DNA from: Hydrolagus affinis
Taxonomy: Eukaryota
Length of the DNA: 64,000 nt
NCBI GenBank assembly: GCA_012026655.1
Contig: JAAILG010000534.1
Span: 1 to 64,000, forward strand
Direction of reading: 5' to 3'
Positions within the stretch are counted from its first letter, which is position 1. Every line of letters begins with the position of its first letter. The notes beneath the pieces were generated by a model, which saw only the letters and a program-made list of their open reading frames with translations, was not told where the DNA came from and did no database searches. This document shows positions 1 through 12,828 of this stretch, piece by piece. Made by a program: the position numbers and the translations under genes.

Positions 1-518
1 GTTGGGAGGACGTCCTAAAGCGCTGAACAGTCAGGTCGGGACCCGAGCGGGGGGTGGGGAGGGTCGGGGGAAGGAGAGGGGGAAGAGTTAGTGGGGCAGC
101 CGGAGGCGCGGTCGAAGAGGAAGGTCTTGAGACCGGCCTTGAAGGAGGAAAGGGAGAAAGTGAGGTGGAGGGGCTGTGGGATGGAGTTCCACAGTGTGGG
201 AGCAGAGAGTCTGAAAGTCCGGCTGCCGATGGTTCGGCGGTTAGGGCGGTGGATGCGGAGCAGGCCTGAGTCTGCTGAACGGAGGGGGCGGGCAGGCTGA
301 TAGGGAGACAATAGGTCAGAGAGATAGGCGGGGGCAAGGCAGTGAATGCCTTGAAAGTGAGAACAAGGATCTTGAATTCGATCCTCTGGGTGACGGGGAG
401 CCAGTGGAGACGGGCGAGGGTGGGAGTGATGTGGTCGCGAAGCCTGGTGCGGGAGAGTACACGAGCTGCAGAATTCTGAATGATCTGCAGCCTGTGAAGG
501 GAGAAGCTGGGGAGCCCG
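1..518 (-). mobile_element. L2-clade LINE 3' fragment (RT C-terminus plus G/C-rich 3' UTR), 5'-truncated; tail runs off the window
   Basis: Minus-strand ORF RPLRSADSGLL...FRLSAPTLWNSIP...SFKAGLKTFLF is the typical L2 ORF2 C-terminus. Upstream it reads LHRLQIIQNSAARV. The tail stem-loop is at 1-25. Confidence 0.9.
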
Positions 519-538
519 ACTGAGCTACAGGACTCCAC
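519..538 (-). mobile_element. First 20 nt of the tRNA-derived SINE head, abutting the L2 5' end
   Basis: Reverse complement is gtggagtcctgtagctcagt, identical to the SINE starts at 29927, 32170 and 62011. Confidence 0.8.
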
Positions 539-2479
539 ATTTTGCCCCATATAAACAGTTATCCAAAATCAAAGTGAATTGTCCATTAAAAGGAACCCCA
601 GAGAGGAAGTAATTCTTAGTTGCAAATAAACATTAAGTTTGCCTTCTGTAGCTTGGACACTGCAAGCTTGCCTGCAACTATCATTAGCGTCAACATTGGA
701 GCATTTCCAAGTGATGGTTTTAAAATGCTACAAAACTAGTTGGACCACTTGACCCAGACACTGTACCTCTGGCAGACGTTTGGTTAGAATTATTGACTTG
801 TAAGTAGTTTGGGAAATATTGTTTATTCGAAGCTCTGACAAGAGATGCCTGTATATATGCAACAATGGCTTTGATTGCTTATGACCTGACTTCTATTATA
901 CTATGTGTAACTTGCTATAATTGTTATTCTTTTCCCTGTAAATTTAAGATAGGAATACAGGGTTTATGGTGCTGAAGTCAAAGTACGTGGCTTTATTAAA
1001 GTAGCTTTATATGACAGGAAAGGTCCTACTTTGCTTGATATGACCGAGACAGACAGGGAAAGCTGTTGAGTGGAGTCATGCTCACTCCCACCAGATTCGC
1101 AGTCAGATTCTCAATCAGGGACCAAAGGGCGTGGGTTGCTCAGGTTAAACAGGGGTACAAATATTTTGAGTGAGAGGAGGTGACTTTTTTTTAAAAAAAA
1201 TGCTATTTTGTTAAAAATGCAACCAAAGTAATGATCGCTTTTAAATTCGTCAGAATCAAAACAAATCTGTGAATTTTGCTCAAGTAATTGCACAAAACAA
1301 ATAAGAGAGACAGTTTGCCAGCATCTTGCACTTTAAAAGACTGCATTGGATGATGTTACAAGATGTCTGCTGTCATTTATTTGGTGTCAGTTAAATAAAA
1401 TTGACTTGTCAGTAATGATGTCCGTTTCTGTCAATAACAGAGTGGTAGACTGGATGTCAGTCCCAAACTAAACAACATCTAATTAACCAATGAGAAAGGG
1501 CATTGACCTTCATACTAGTTTTGAATGTTCAACATGTAATGCTGAAAGTGATGTTTGCTCGCAAACATTTCTGGGTGAGATGATAATGTGTTTAGCCCGA
1601 ACTATCTTTGCTATCATTATTCTGCGCTCCCTCGAATGATGTTTCTGTCCATTATTGGTTGATTCCTCAAGTCTGAACATATGGGCAATAATTTTGATCC
1701 ATTACAATTGTAAAATCTACTGAGGTGCATTCATGACTGTAAAATAATTTTTTACTGCATTATAACTGGTCTCTAACTGGATTTCCATACTCTCCTAACG
1801 CTCACATAAAACAGTTTAATCTTACAAATAAATTTAAATAAAATCTCCAGTTACAGGGCATTACTTCGCACCTTTCTCCTTTGTTCAGACAAAATAAATA
1901 ATTTGATGTGCGGATCACAGTGGGATTTGACGTCTAAGAGAAAGCTTTGTGACTGAGCGATAACACGCATTGAAGAGCTACATAAAATATAACAGCAAAA
2001 TGATTCTTGTGTTACATGATTGATTATTCACATCTAAATCCTGTATGTTCAACTCTATTGCCTCTCCATTAACATTACTATGAAATGAGATGGAGACATT
2101 TCTGTGTTGCTGAATTTAGTGGGTTAGGTGTGAGATACTTCCTATTGACTCTCTTGCCATCTTATTTTTATTCAGCCTTTTGGAGATGGTTTTACAATTA
2201 ATTTCTACTCATACTTTCAATTATTAATTGCAACAACAATTTCTGTTCTCACTTAATGATTGAGATACTTTCTCTGAATACCTGGAGTAAGATGGGGCTT
2301 TTTGCTGTGTTTTGTATTGCATTAACCAGAATACTAGAGAGCGGTTCATATAATTCTAGTGGTCAAAAAGGAGTGCAACATGAATCAAGGAATTATAAAC
2401 CCTTTATCATTTTACTGAGAGAATGTTATGGAATGCCATTTATATTAATCTAAAGAGCATAGAGACCATAAAAAGCAGG

Positions 2480-2790
2480 GGGCATAGTTTTCAAAGCAAT
2501 ATTTCATGCATCAGAAACTTACTGGAATTCTTTGAGCGGGTAACCAAATCAGGAGATGAAGAATATCTATGGAAGCAATACACTGGGATTTTCTGAAGCT
2601 ATTTAATAAGGTTTCACATCTGTAGCTTTGAAAAAAGATAAAAGTGCATGGAATTAAGAGGAAAATAGATAGCAAAATTGAAAATTGACAAGGCATCAAG
2701 AAGCAGAAGGTGGTGATAAAAGGACAAGGGCATCAGCTAGCAACGTTCTTTAGGTCTATTCTAGGTCTTTTGCTATTCATTAACATCATG
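2480..2790 (+). mobile_element. Degraded CR1 LINE reverse-transcriptase fragment
   Basis: Frameshifted translation resembles CR1 RT motifs (DF.KAF.KV.H, KIKVHGI, KQKVVI.G). Confidence 0.7.
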
Positions 2791-2911
2791 AAGGATGAAC
2801 ACTTTCAGTAATTGTAGTGATTCTGAGGTGGAAACAAACTATTGAAGAAAACTTTAGTTGAGCGTTACGCGTATCATCTTTTGGTCGTGTTAACCAACTA
2901 TGCCAATGGGT

Positions 2912-3015
2912 GTATTTCTTTCACACACAGAGGGTAATCAACAATCTGTAATATGTAACCAGCAAGGATAGTTCTTGATGGCAAGCGAGATCTACTAAGT
3001 ACACTGGATTACATT
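2912..3015 (+). mobile_element. Degraded CR1 ORF2 3' end fragment
   Basis: tttcttt-cacacagagggtaatcaac resembles the CR1 FFTQRVVN.WN motif. Confidence 0.45.
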
Positions 3016-3050
3016 TTGCGACATTGTGACAAGTCCTTAGCTCCTCATCA

Positions 3051-3478
3051 CCCAGAGGATTCAATTAAAAATCCTGGTCCTCACCTTTAAAGCCCTCCAT
3101 GGCCTTGCCCCACCCCATCTCTGAGACCTCCTAACCTGTCCCTTCCAAACTGTCTGCTCCTTCCACTCAGTAGATTCTGGCCTGCTCCATGTCCCCCGAC
3201 CTATCCGCCCCACCATAGGTGGGCGAGTTTTCAGCCACTCAGCCCCCAACCTTTGGAATTCCATCCTGCAATCCCCCTGCCTCGCCTTCTTAGCTTCCTT
3301 CAAGTCCTGTCTCAAGACCCTCTTCTTTGACCGTGCCATTGGTCACCCCCACTTTCCCTCCCTTCTCTCTACCCTCTTGGATCCCGACCCCAGCTCGGAT
3401 TCGAAACACTGACTGTCCAGCGCCTTGGGACGTTCTCCCAGCGTGAGAAATGTAATGTTGTTGTTGTTGTTGATGTTG
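3051..3478 (+). mobile_element. L2 LINE 3' fragment with (GTT)n tail
   Basis: Reads KILVLTFKALHGLAP...FSHSAPNLWNS...LKTLFFD. Tail is gcgccttgggacgttctcccagcgtga followed by gtt repeats. Homologous to 1-518. Confidence 0.9.
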
Positions 3479-5902
3479 CTTGGTCTGAAAAAACTGCTAT
3501 GGGGAATGGACACAAACGGAAATGAAAGAGAATACAAGCATATGTAGCAAACTAATGCTGTGTCTACACTCTTGTTAATGAAGCAGGCAAGCAATATAGA
3601 GCATATATTTGGAAAAGGCACAGAGTGATCAATAGAGATGGACTAAATTTGAATGAACAGGTGGCCAGAAGACACAAACAGAGATCAATAGAGAACAGGG
3701 ATCACTAAAGATGGGAAGAAGCGTCTAATGTTGCATTACTGTATTTACAAATCAGTTTAATGACTGGTAATTTAGCAAACAGCAATCCTTGTGGATGCAT
3801 GTACATTTTGGTGGCTTGTTTATGTTGTAGACAGATTTATAATGCGATGCCTTCCAAATAGAATGGCGTTAATTATATCATGATTATAATATCTGCATAT
3901 TCATAGCAAATCATATTTGCGGCATTTGCATAATTGTTATCAATGGACCTTGTTCATTAATTATCTGTTGTTCTTACATTTTGTATAATGATGTGATGAA
4001 TTAGGTCTTCATTTAACATGATTTAAAACTTCACGAGAAATAATTTTCAGAGGTGAATGACAAAACGTTTTGTGATTTTGTTGACATAGCGCTGCCGGGA
4101 TGAATTAAAACCCAAGTCTTCCTCTGATCACATTGTCGGGTGTATGGCAGCTCAGGGATACTGGAGCTTTGTCAGGGCAACAAAGTACTCCAGGGTTATA
4201 AAGATATTAAAAATGTATCACCATAGCTCCTCTAACAATGCAGTTGATTCTATATAAAGCAGCTGGAGCCTATACCCTGGTAAACTAGCGACCAGCTTCC
4301 ACGTAAAGTTTGTCCATTCAAAATTGGACTGCACAAGAGCAGAATTCAATGATAAACTAAGCAATCCTCAGGGAAACGAGGCTTATTATAAGTGACTCAT
4401 ATGCTCATGAGTTCATTGGGAGTGTTTTATTTTGCCAAGCCATGTTTTGAGGTTCCCATTTTCATGATTAATGTATTACTGATTCGATTTTAAGGCGATA
4501 TTTAGCAGTACAAAATACAGGTTGCTGAAGACCCCATGATTAGTGTATTTGATTGAATTGTAGATGGTGCAATTACTTCCATGCAGCATTTCAAACCCCG
4601 TAATTATCCCATGCAGCAAGCCTGTCAGATCCCATGCAAGGTTCCACACTCTGTCATGATCTCCCCTGTTGGATTAAGAATTAAAAAATGGTCAATTAAA
4701 TTTGTTAAACTGGGCACTCGCTTTGGGCGAAAGGATTTATGCGTAACCAAAAGGACCCAGCCTTAGGGAGCTACTTGCTGTTGGATGTTGAAGTTAAGAG
4801 TGGAGTCAGGTCAGTGGAGCTTAGAGAAAGATAAGAGGCAGCTCATATGGCACAATGGGCAGTATTAAATATGCTTGAGTAGTTTTTTATTTTAGATTGA
4901 ATTTTTGTATTCAATTTCTGGGGAATATTAATTTGAATTGAAAGGACCAATGTTGGCCTGTTAACAGAGGCTGGTGCAGTGTCGAGCGCAGGCTGACGGG
5001 AAGTGGTGCAGAAGTTGGAAAGAAAATCTGCTGCATAAAGATTGAAATCTCCGCTCTCCGCAGTTAAAAATATTGCTGCCATATTCATTAGAGGCATTAG
5101 CCTAATGTCATTAATTTAAAGTACGAATGAATACGTAACTTAAAACTATTAGCATTCGATAGTTAATTGATGTACATGTTTATATCTTACTGTGTGTGTG
5201 TGTCTATATATACATATTGCATATTAGCCAAGTCAAGCATAGGGGAAATTATACCATATTAATATTTTAACACAAAACATCTCTCTTATGAAGAGCTCAT
5301 TTGTAATAGTATCTTGTGTTTCACTCCTTCATACATTTAATTCGCAATGTAATTTATGTGATCAAACAAGCAAAATGTTTTTCACACAAGATCCGCAGTA
5401 TTAGTGATTGGAAATGAGCCTTTACGGGATTATTCCTTTCAGGGGGATTATTGCTGTGAATGATTTATGTGTAAATACCATAGAAAATGTCAACTCTCTG
5501 CGATGCAATCAGGTCTAATCATGTGTGTGATATGAGGAAACTTTGAGAATTCTTATAAATCCCTCATTAGCAGATCTTATCAGATTTCAGGCAACATCAG
5601 TCTAGGATGATACTGCAATGCTTTGTTATTTATGTAACCGTTACAACACTCTACCTGCCAAATCCTTACATGTTCTCTTGAATATTCTCTTGATTGCGCA
5701 GACCTAACTCTAAAGATGAACAACAATTAGTTAGATTATAGTCTACTGAATATAATATTTTATTTCTGAGCACTGGAAATTATTGGTGTCTTACCTCAAA
5801 AAGGAAGTTAGTTATTGAACTTTGCAGAATAATTCACTCTGTACATTACCTACCTGTTGAGAATTTTAGAGGCTTTTGCATCCTGTGACATAAAGTGTTC
5901 AA

Positions 5903-6230
5903 GTCCACTCACTCCCTGGCACCTTGCTAGCTCTCTGACCTCCTCGCTCCCCAATCCACCGCCCGGCTCCTCCGCTCGACTGGCACCAATCCCTCGCAAC
6001 TTGGATGTCACGCTTTTAGTCCCAAACTCTGGAATGCTCTCCCTCAAACCCTCCGGCTTTCCCCCTCTCTCCCCCTTTTCAAGTCTCACCTGAAAACCTT
6101 CCTCTTCAACCTGGCTTATGACCAACCTCCCCCCAACAGCCCTCGCCTCCCACCCGTGGCTCTGAGTCCGGCTCTGGCACTGTTAACTGCTCTGAGATGC
6201 TACTGTATCAGTGCATGCTGTTGTTGTTTA
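5903..6230 (+). mobile_element. Older L2 LINE 3' fragment
   Basis: cccaaactctggaatgctctccctc...ttcaagtctcacctgaaaaccttcctcttc (PKLWNALP...FKSHLKTFLF). Paralogous to 52993-53245. Confidence 0.8.
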
Positions 6231-7238
6231 GCTATAAACGTTTGAAATTAGCAACTCAGTTTATTGGTACTTAAATTGGGAATTTTGAATGGCATTTCAT
6301 ATCAATCCTCAGCTACAATTCATTGTGCTCTTTAGTTCAGCAGTGCTTGGTTTTATGTTGGTAATTTGAATGCAATTATTATCTGAGCGCTGCTGTGCCG
6401 TTCAGTTCTTCTTTTGGCTTTGACAAGATAGATAGACTGTTTCATCTTCCCTTTCACTGGCACACTTTTTATTTGTTCAAACAATTCCATACTCTATTGG
6501 TAAAAAAAAATGACTTCCCCCTTTTTTTGTGGATAAGATCTAGATCTCGCGTGAAAGCGAGTATGCAATCACTTTATTGTAATTACGTCCCAAAGGAGAC
6601 ATAGCTCACAGCCTCTGTGGGAGGATCTGTTTTCAGATGTGAAGCTGTGCTGCTCTTGCAAGCCACAGAAAGCATTTCCTTTAATGATTTAGCAAAGCTA
6701 TTGAATTTCACCAAGTGAGGACAGCTCCAGCACATGCATTGTTGATCTATTGGGGAAATGAACCCCATTGACCTGATGAATGGCAGAACAAATTTTATTC
6801 CAAACTCCTGTGGTACTGAACACATTCAAAATATAAGTGGAAGGAAATGAGAACATCAACAATTTTACCAATGTACATTGAGGTGCATCCATCACCTTGA
6901 TGTGACACAGAGCTTAAGAAGTCTTTCCAAATCAACGGGAATTAATTATTTTGCCCTGTTACAGAAAGACAATGTACAGCTCATCAAATCCTCCTTGCGA
7001 TATGTTTCTTTGAAGTTAGAAACTAAAACAAAATTCCACCCAACAAAGTTTTTACGTCAGAAATGAGATCAGTCCTCAATTCTCATTTGCTCAATCAGTA
7101 AAAATACTGAACCAGAGAGATCGGAAAGATTTCAACTTCTAAACCTTGTGTTTGCTTAGATGGGACAATGGTTAAGGTCGAACAATCAAACTCATTGCCC
7201 TGTACTCTACATGCCAAGATTGTACTGTATTACATTAG

Positions 7239-7551
7239 GGAGTCCCTGTAGCTCAGTGGTTGGAGCACTTGCCTTACAAACGTGAGACCTGTGTTTCGAA
7301 ACCAGGCAGGTCAGGACGAAACCTTGGGCAGGTTTCCTTACTCCACATGCCTAATAATAATCCGTCCCCAAAAAACCTATGATAAAATTGGTAATTTCAA
7401 TCCACGACTGTTTGTGGGACACTGCAATTGGCTGCCAAATTTCGCCCACAAATATAGTCAATTCACTTTACAGTATATTCTATGAAATGCTTTGAGAGGT
7501 CTAGAAGACATGAAAAGTGCTATATCAAAAATGCAAGTATGATTATTATTA
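7239..7551 (+). mobile_element. Full-length tRNA-derived SINE (~310 bp, L2-type tail; resembles elephant-shark SINE2 family)
   Basis: A box tagctcagtgg, B box-like tttcgaaacc, conserved body and tail. Flanking direct repeat tattacatt at 7228-7236 and 7547-7555 is a candidate TSD. Confidence 0.9.
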
Positions 7552-7699
7552 CATTCTATTACGCTCTTCAACAAAGATCTGACTTTACAGAAAAATTCCT
7601 TACTTTTCCTCTGATCTACTTTTGCAAATGTTTACGTATAGGAAGGCCTTCATTAACAACTTAAAAAAAAGTAATTGTAGATGTACAAGTCATTTTATT

Positions 7700-8025
7700 C
7701 TTTTTAGCTGAACAGTCAGGGGTCAGGACCCAAGCATATTGGGCAGGGTTAGGATGAGGGAGGGTGCAGAGGTGGGGGGCGGCTGAAGGCACGGTTGAAA
7801 AGGATGGCCTTGAAGAAGAAGGCATGGGAGGAAGCAACGCAAAGGGATTGTAGGATGGAGTTTCAAAGAGTGAGGGAAGAGTGACCGAAAACCAGGCCGA
7901 TGGTAGGGCAGGTTGGGCGGGAGATATGGAGCAGGCTGGAGCCTGCTGAACAGAGGGAGAGGACAGGTTGATAGGGGTCAGCAGTTCAGAGAGGTCTTGT
8001 AGGAAACAGTGCAATAGTCCTGAGG
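7700..8025 (-). mobile_element. Degraded L2 LINE 3' fragment
   Basis: Colinear with 1-330 (gctgaacagtcagg, gcctgctgaac, ggatggagtt). Confidence 0.75.
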
Positions 8026-8527
8026 ACTTTGTTCTCCCGCGATTCATCTGGAGGGATTGACCCCGGTCTGACCCTCATGTTTGTGGGGATAGGATTCGTC
8101 AGATGTGAGAGTAGACAATTATATGTAAATAGCCGCACTTGATAAAATATTAATAACGATATGAACCTATGGTTCAGGCTTCATGCTGCCAGTCACTATT
8201 ATTTCCACTAGCAACAGTAGATAAAGATTCATGTATAAAGTGAACTGGGGTCCCTCACAAGTACAGAGTTATTCACCAAACTCAGACGGCACAATATGCT
8301 TAAGCAGATAACAGCCTTTCATTATTCAAATGAAAGGATTACACAAGACTGTTTGAAATTGTCTGTACCTCATTCACTGCTGTCGCAATGCAGTTTGGTT
8401 CAACCGGAGTCAGTATTGGCAGGGTGAGTACAGATATCATCCTGCCACCGAGAACCTGACTGTAATGGATGAGATCCCAAATGATGTTTTTGGCTTTAGT
8501 TTATTTCATTATTGTTGGGTCTTGGTC

Positions 8528-8710
8528 AAGGCTGACACTAAAGTGAAATGGTGCATTTTCAGAGGCGCTGTCCATTGGATGAGATATTAAACAAAGTCCC
8601 GTCTGCTATTCAGGTGGACGTGAAAGATCCCATTCCACTGTTCCAAAAGAAAAGGGCTCCAAATATAGCATCTTAATCGCTCTTCCTAAATCAACGTTTG
8701 TTTTGTTGTA
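8528..8710 (+). mobile_element. Deu-domain SINE relic (SacSINE1/AmnSINE1-like)
   Basis: ggatgagatattaaacaaagtcccgtctgc...caggtggacgtgaaagatcccat matches the Deu-domain core as I recall it. Confidence 0.7.
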
Positions 8711-9111
8711 TCCAACAGCAATACTTTCTTTTCCAAGATTGTAAGACATTTTCATATTGTATCCCATATTCCACATATTTTTCAATTTTATAGAGTACAA
8801 GTGTCTCATCAGGTGTATTAAAAACATGAGATTTTTCAGGATTTACGTTTGTTAATGTTGACTGATGCTTTTTCATTAACACCAACAAAATTACGTTTCT
8901 CACAAATAGCATGTTGGAACGCCTGGCACAGATGCAATTGAATTAGCCTTTCGTAAAACAATGGATTGTCAGTCTTTTTTCCTTTTTGTATTGTATGAAA
9001 TGAATGTTGCTCAGTTCCAAACATAATTTCTCCTGCTTTGAACTAAGTTTCTCGAACCTGTCGACTTTTCTTTTAAATAGATGCTTTATAATGCTTTTAT
9101 AAATGTTGCTA

Positions 9112-9170
9112 TGAAGGCACTTTAAGACGTCCTCCCATTACAAGGTGCTGTCTAAATGTAAGGTGTTGTT
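9112..9170 (+). mobile_element. L2 tail fragment
   Basis: gcactttaagacgtcctccc...aaggtgctgtctaaatgtaag-gtgttgtt. Confidence 0.6.
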
Positions 9171-9339
9171 CAACCGAGTCCACATGCATGCAGTCCACCG
9201 TTATACAATTTAACAAATTAACACTGTAGTGATTAATTCTAAAACCACGTTGGACTTCATGTTTCCTTAGGTAGTAATCAGATTCTGTACTACGTTTTCA
9301 TTGGTTCTTCCCCATCTTCCCCATATCCTCTTGACTGAT

Positions 9340-9620
9340 TTACTTCCTAATTTTAATAAATCTCATCAAGCCTCCCCCTCGCCTGCAGTCTGTCTTTTGC
9401 TCCTGAACACCGATTTAGTTCGCTTTTCACCTGTCATTCAGGATTGATTTGAACACTAGTAATAATATTCCTGTGGCTCTTCTCTGAACCCTTTCCAACG
9501 CCTCTAGTTTTTTTTTGTACGACAACTAAAACTAGCAAAAAAAAAACACGGGGTCTCCCCAATGATTTATAGAGAATCATTATTACGTACTTGACGGATT
9601 AAGCTTTATGAATCCACTTA
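9340..9620 (-). mobile_element. Degraded CR1 ORF2 C-terminal fragment
   Basis: Reverse complement of gtggctcttctctgaaccctttccaa encodes LERVQRRAT, a CR1 hallmark. Confidence 0.7.
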
Positions 9621-11229
9621 CATTCTATTTAGGTTGGCAATTTAGAGATTTCCCATTATGAATACATAACAAAAAGATGACAAATGTTCGTGATTGACAT
9701 ATGAGAAACCCCACAGATTCACATAAATAGCTAGACACACAGGGGGCGTAGACACACAATGGGGCTTATTTTGAGATTGCTTGGTGTTTAGCCATTTTGG
9801 ACAGTCACACAGAGGTAAGTATACACACTAGGAAACTGCATATTGCCATACAGAGTGTCTAAATTTACAGCTCAGCTGAAGGTGCCCAATTAGTCGTGAG
9901 TTTAAATTATTCGAATTTAGCTGTCTCAACAAGCAGAAACAAGGTACTTGACCTATGATAATGAATGCTGCATTATATCGCGGTAGGAGTAAAGGATGGT
10001 TAATGAATTGAAATGGGTCCATTCTTAAATGGTCGGGTGTTAAGACACAAACAAATACATGCACTTACTTCAAGGCGTTTAAAAAGTGCAGGTACTGATA
10101 TGAAGTACCAGTAGGAAACGCTAACAGGTATTAGCTAAAATGACCAAAACTAATTGCTTGACTGCAAATTTTCTACTGACTGTGATGTGCTTAGTTTGTT
10201 TATTTTTCCTTCAATTTACCTCCCTTTTGTTCCCTATTAGAGGATATTATTATTATTATTCATACTTCAGTAGGTTCACAGGCAGTAGTAGTCCTCCATT
10301 TCTTCACTCAAGTGACCATTTTCACGAATGAGTACCAAACAGCTCTGTCAAACTATTGGACCACAGATTACAGCAGCAGAGTCCAGTAGCTGTGCACAGA
10401 TTTGAGAAGTTGGAAAAGGTGTCACGGATGAAAAACGACCACTTTGGTGGATGATTGGAAGCCAATTCAATCTGATTGATAAGGGTGCAATGGATGTAAC
10501 AGATGATGGGTCCTGTCCACACGGATGTGAAACCAGTACACCTCTCAGGGAGATCAATCAGACCTCCCTCAAGTTCTCTCATGGTCTTTACCAACTGGAT
10601 TCCTGGGGTTGCGTCCAGTTCTTTTGTTGTTTCGATTGACTCTATCCAGGGCACCAGGCAACAGTGAATCGTATGGTCCATTCACAGTCAGTACTTTATT
10701 TAATATCTGCGTTGGGACACATTTTAGATCAGACAATGCCGATCTTAATTGTTGATTTTGCTGCAGCACATATTGTTCCAGGAGTGAGTAGGATTGAAAA
10801 CACTTTGTTCAGAAAAGTTTTCTTTTAAATATATATTTATTGAACTGATTCGCAAGATTCTAGTGAAGGCAGCCACACTGAAACATAATCGGTTTAAAAA
10901 GTACAAGCAAAAAGTGATTTGACTTTTAATATTTATTGAGTACTTTTAAACTACTTTTTTTTTCTCACTTTGTCTCCAGTAGTCCCTCTTGCCTCAAAGC
11001 CAGTAAATGTGTTTATGACTATCAAAAGAATCTTACCAGGGAAATTAAAGACAAGAATACAAATTGTTTTCTCTGAAGTGATTCAGAGAGTAAAATTATA
11101 CAATCGTGTCTGGATTGCAACGGTCCATAGCTGTCAAATTGTGTTGTATGGATACTGTAATTGTTTCTAGACATAATGAGCTAAACAGAGATGAGATGTA
11201 GTCTGAACTGGAAAGAGACCAGCTTTTAA

Positions 11230-11790
11230 TAGAGATACACGGATTGCAGTTCAAAACAAAAGTTATTGAGCGAGATTAATTATGAGTTGTAGTGTAAAGT
11301 GAGCTTGGAGTATGACCATGTATGGGGAATGCCAAGGAAAAAAAAAACTACCTCCTGCACAAGCATACATAAAACTGGTAAAGATTCCAAGAAAAAAAAG
11401 TCGAAAGTGCCTGAATTGGAAGACCTTGGTAAGGTAGTATCGCGCTGCAGGTTCTTAGAGATGAATAAGTTAAAAATGCTGAGCATAATGTTTAAAATGT
11501 ATCCACTTTCAAATGCGGTAACAAGAGACAAATTTAGAATTTTAAAAGATAAAAATGGCAGTGAAGCTAAAGAGGAAACAGCTGACATACGAAGTGAATA
11601 TTTCCTATAGAACTATTCTCCAGAGAGAATTTTAACTTAGCCATTCAAATTTTGTAGCACACCCATTATCTTAATGGATGCTGAAGTCAATATTGTAGAG
11701 GCACTTGAAAAGGTAGGGAACTTAATACTAAAATAACCCCATGGGCCAGATGGGTGATATTCAAGGGTGCTGAAGGAAGCATTTCTAAGC
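11230..11790 (+). mobile_element. Degraded CR1 ORF2 fragment (EN-RT linker to RT start)
   Basis: ORF 11299-11610 ends TRDKFRILKDKNG..EETADIRSEYF, which is CR1 linker-like. It is followed by catgggccagatgg...agggtgctgaaggaa (GPDG..RVLKE). Confidence 0.7.
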
Positions 11791-12297
11791 AATAACTTAA
11801 CAAGAAACAGCAGTAGATCGATTTGTAATGGGAAGCCAGATTTATGTTGTGCATGTCCCCCATTGCTTTGGCTGAGAATAAAGAGGTATGCGAAGCATCA
11901 CGGTTGTTATTCTAATGAATGAAACTGTCAGATGACTAGTTCATTAATAACAATAAAAATCTTAAGTGCAGTTCAATGGTCCTCCCAAGAATTTTTAAAG
12001 GGCCATTTTTGAACAGAAGTTATATCGATTTACACCATCTAAATTTATTCAGAAAACTAATGCCGTAGTAACTCCACTCTCTCTTTCTTTCTCTCTCCCC
12101 TCCCCCTTGACTGTTGGCTTCATTAGGAAATACATTGTCATCATGAGTTTGAAACCTAATTTAACTCTTTACGTAGCAATTCTGCACAATTTTCAGACGT
12201 GAATCAACCGTGAAAACGCTTGTGTATGTAGGCATTCATTGCAATGTTGCGCTAAGTTGTGCTGTGAGAGCTGAGTCATATTGTTCTGGATTGTTGT

Positions 12298-12377
12298 AAT
12301 AATAATAGTCCTTGCGTTTGATATGGTGACTTATCACCTTGTCAAGACGTCCCAGTGCTTCACAAGATATACTGTCC
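12298..12377 (-). mobile_element. SINE 3' tail fragment
   Basis: Reverse complement of the family tail (ccttgcgtttgatat...gcttcacaagatatactgt). Confidence 0.75.
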
Positions 12378-12510
12378 AGTAGTGCCACTTAGTTGGAGGG
12401 ACACATTTATATGAATACACAAACCCAAATACAGTATTCAGATGTTTTGTAACTGGAGCACTGCCAATGTGTAGATGCACAGTAAGAGAATTTAGCCTAT
12501 AATAATACAG

Positions 12511-12802
12511 TAATAATCCTTGCATTTGATATAGTGCTTTTCATATCTTATCGATGTCTCAAAGCGTTTCACAGAATATACCGTAAAGTGAATTGACTGA
12601 ATATATTTGGGCGAAATGCGGCTGCCAATTGCCCACAGCAGTGACCCACAAACAGTCATGGATTGAAAATGACCAATTTTTATTATTGTGTTTTTTTTTG
12701 GATGGATTATTATTAGGCGTGTGGAGTAAGGTTTTGCCCTGACCTGCCTGGATTCGAACACAGGTCTCACGCTTGTAAGGCGAGTGCTCTAAACAGGAGC
12801 TC
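12511..12802 (-). mobile_element. Near full-length tRNA-derived SINE
   Basis: Reverse complement is colinear with 32170-32491. Confidence 0.9.
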
Positions 12803-12828
12803 ATATCTTCAAACTGCAAGAATCCCCA

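Noticed and set aside
9791-9819. Micro-exon with a consensus donor ag|gtaagt
   Set aside because: Weak acceptor, only 23 nt, and no supporting partner exons.
11299-11610. 103-aa Lys-rich ORF as a host gene
   Set aside because: Its C-terminus and the downstream sequence match a decayed CR1 ORF2.
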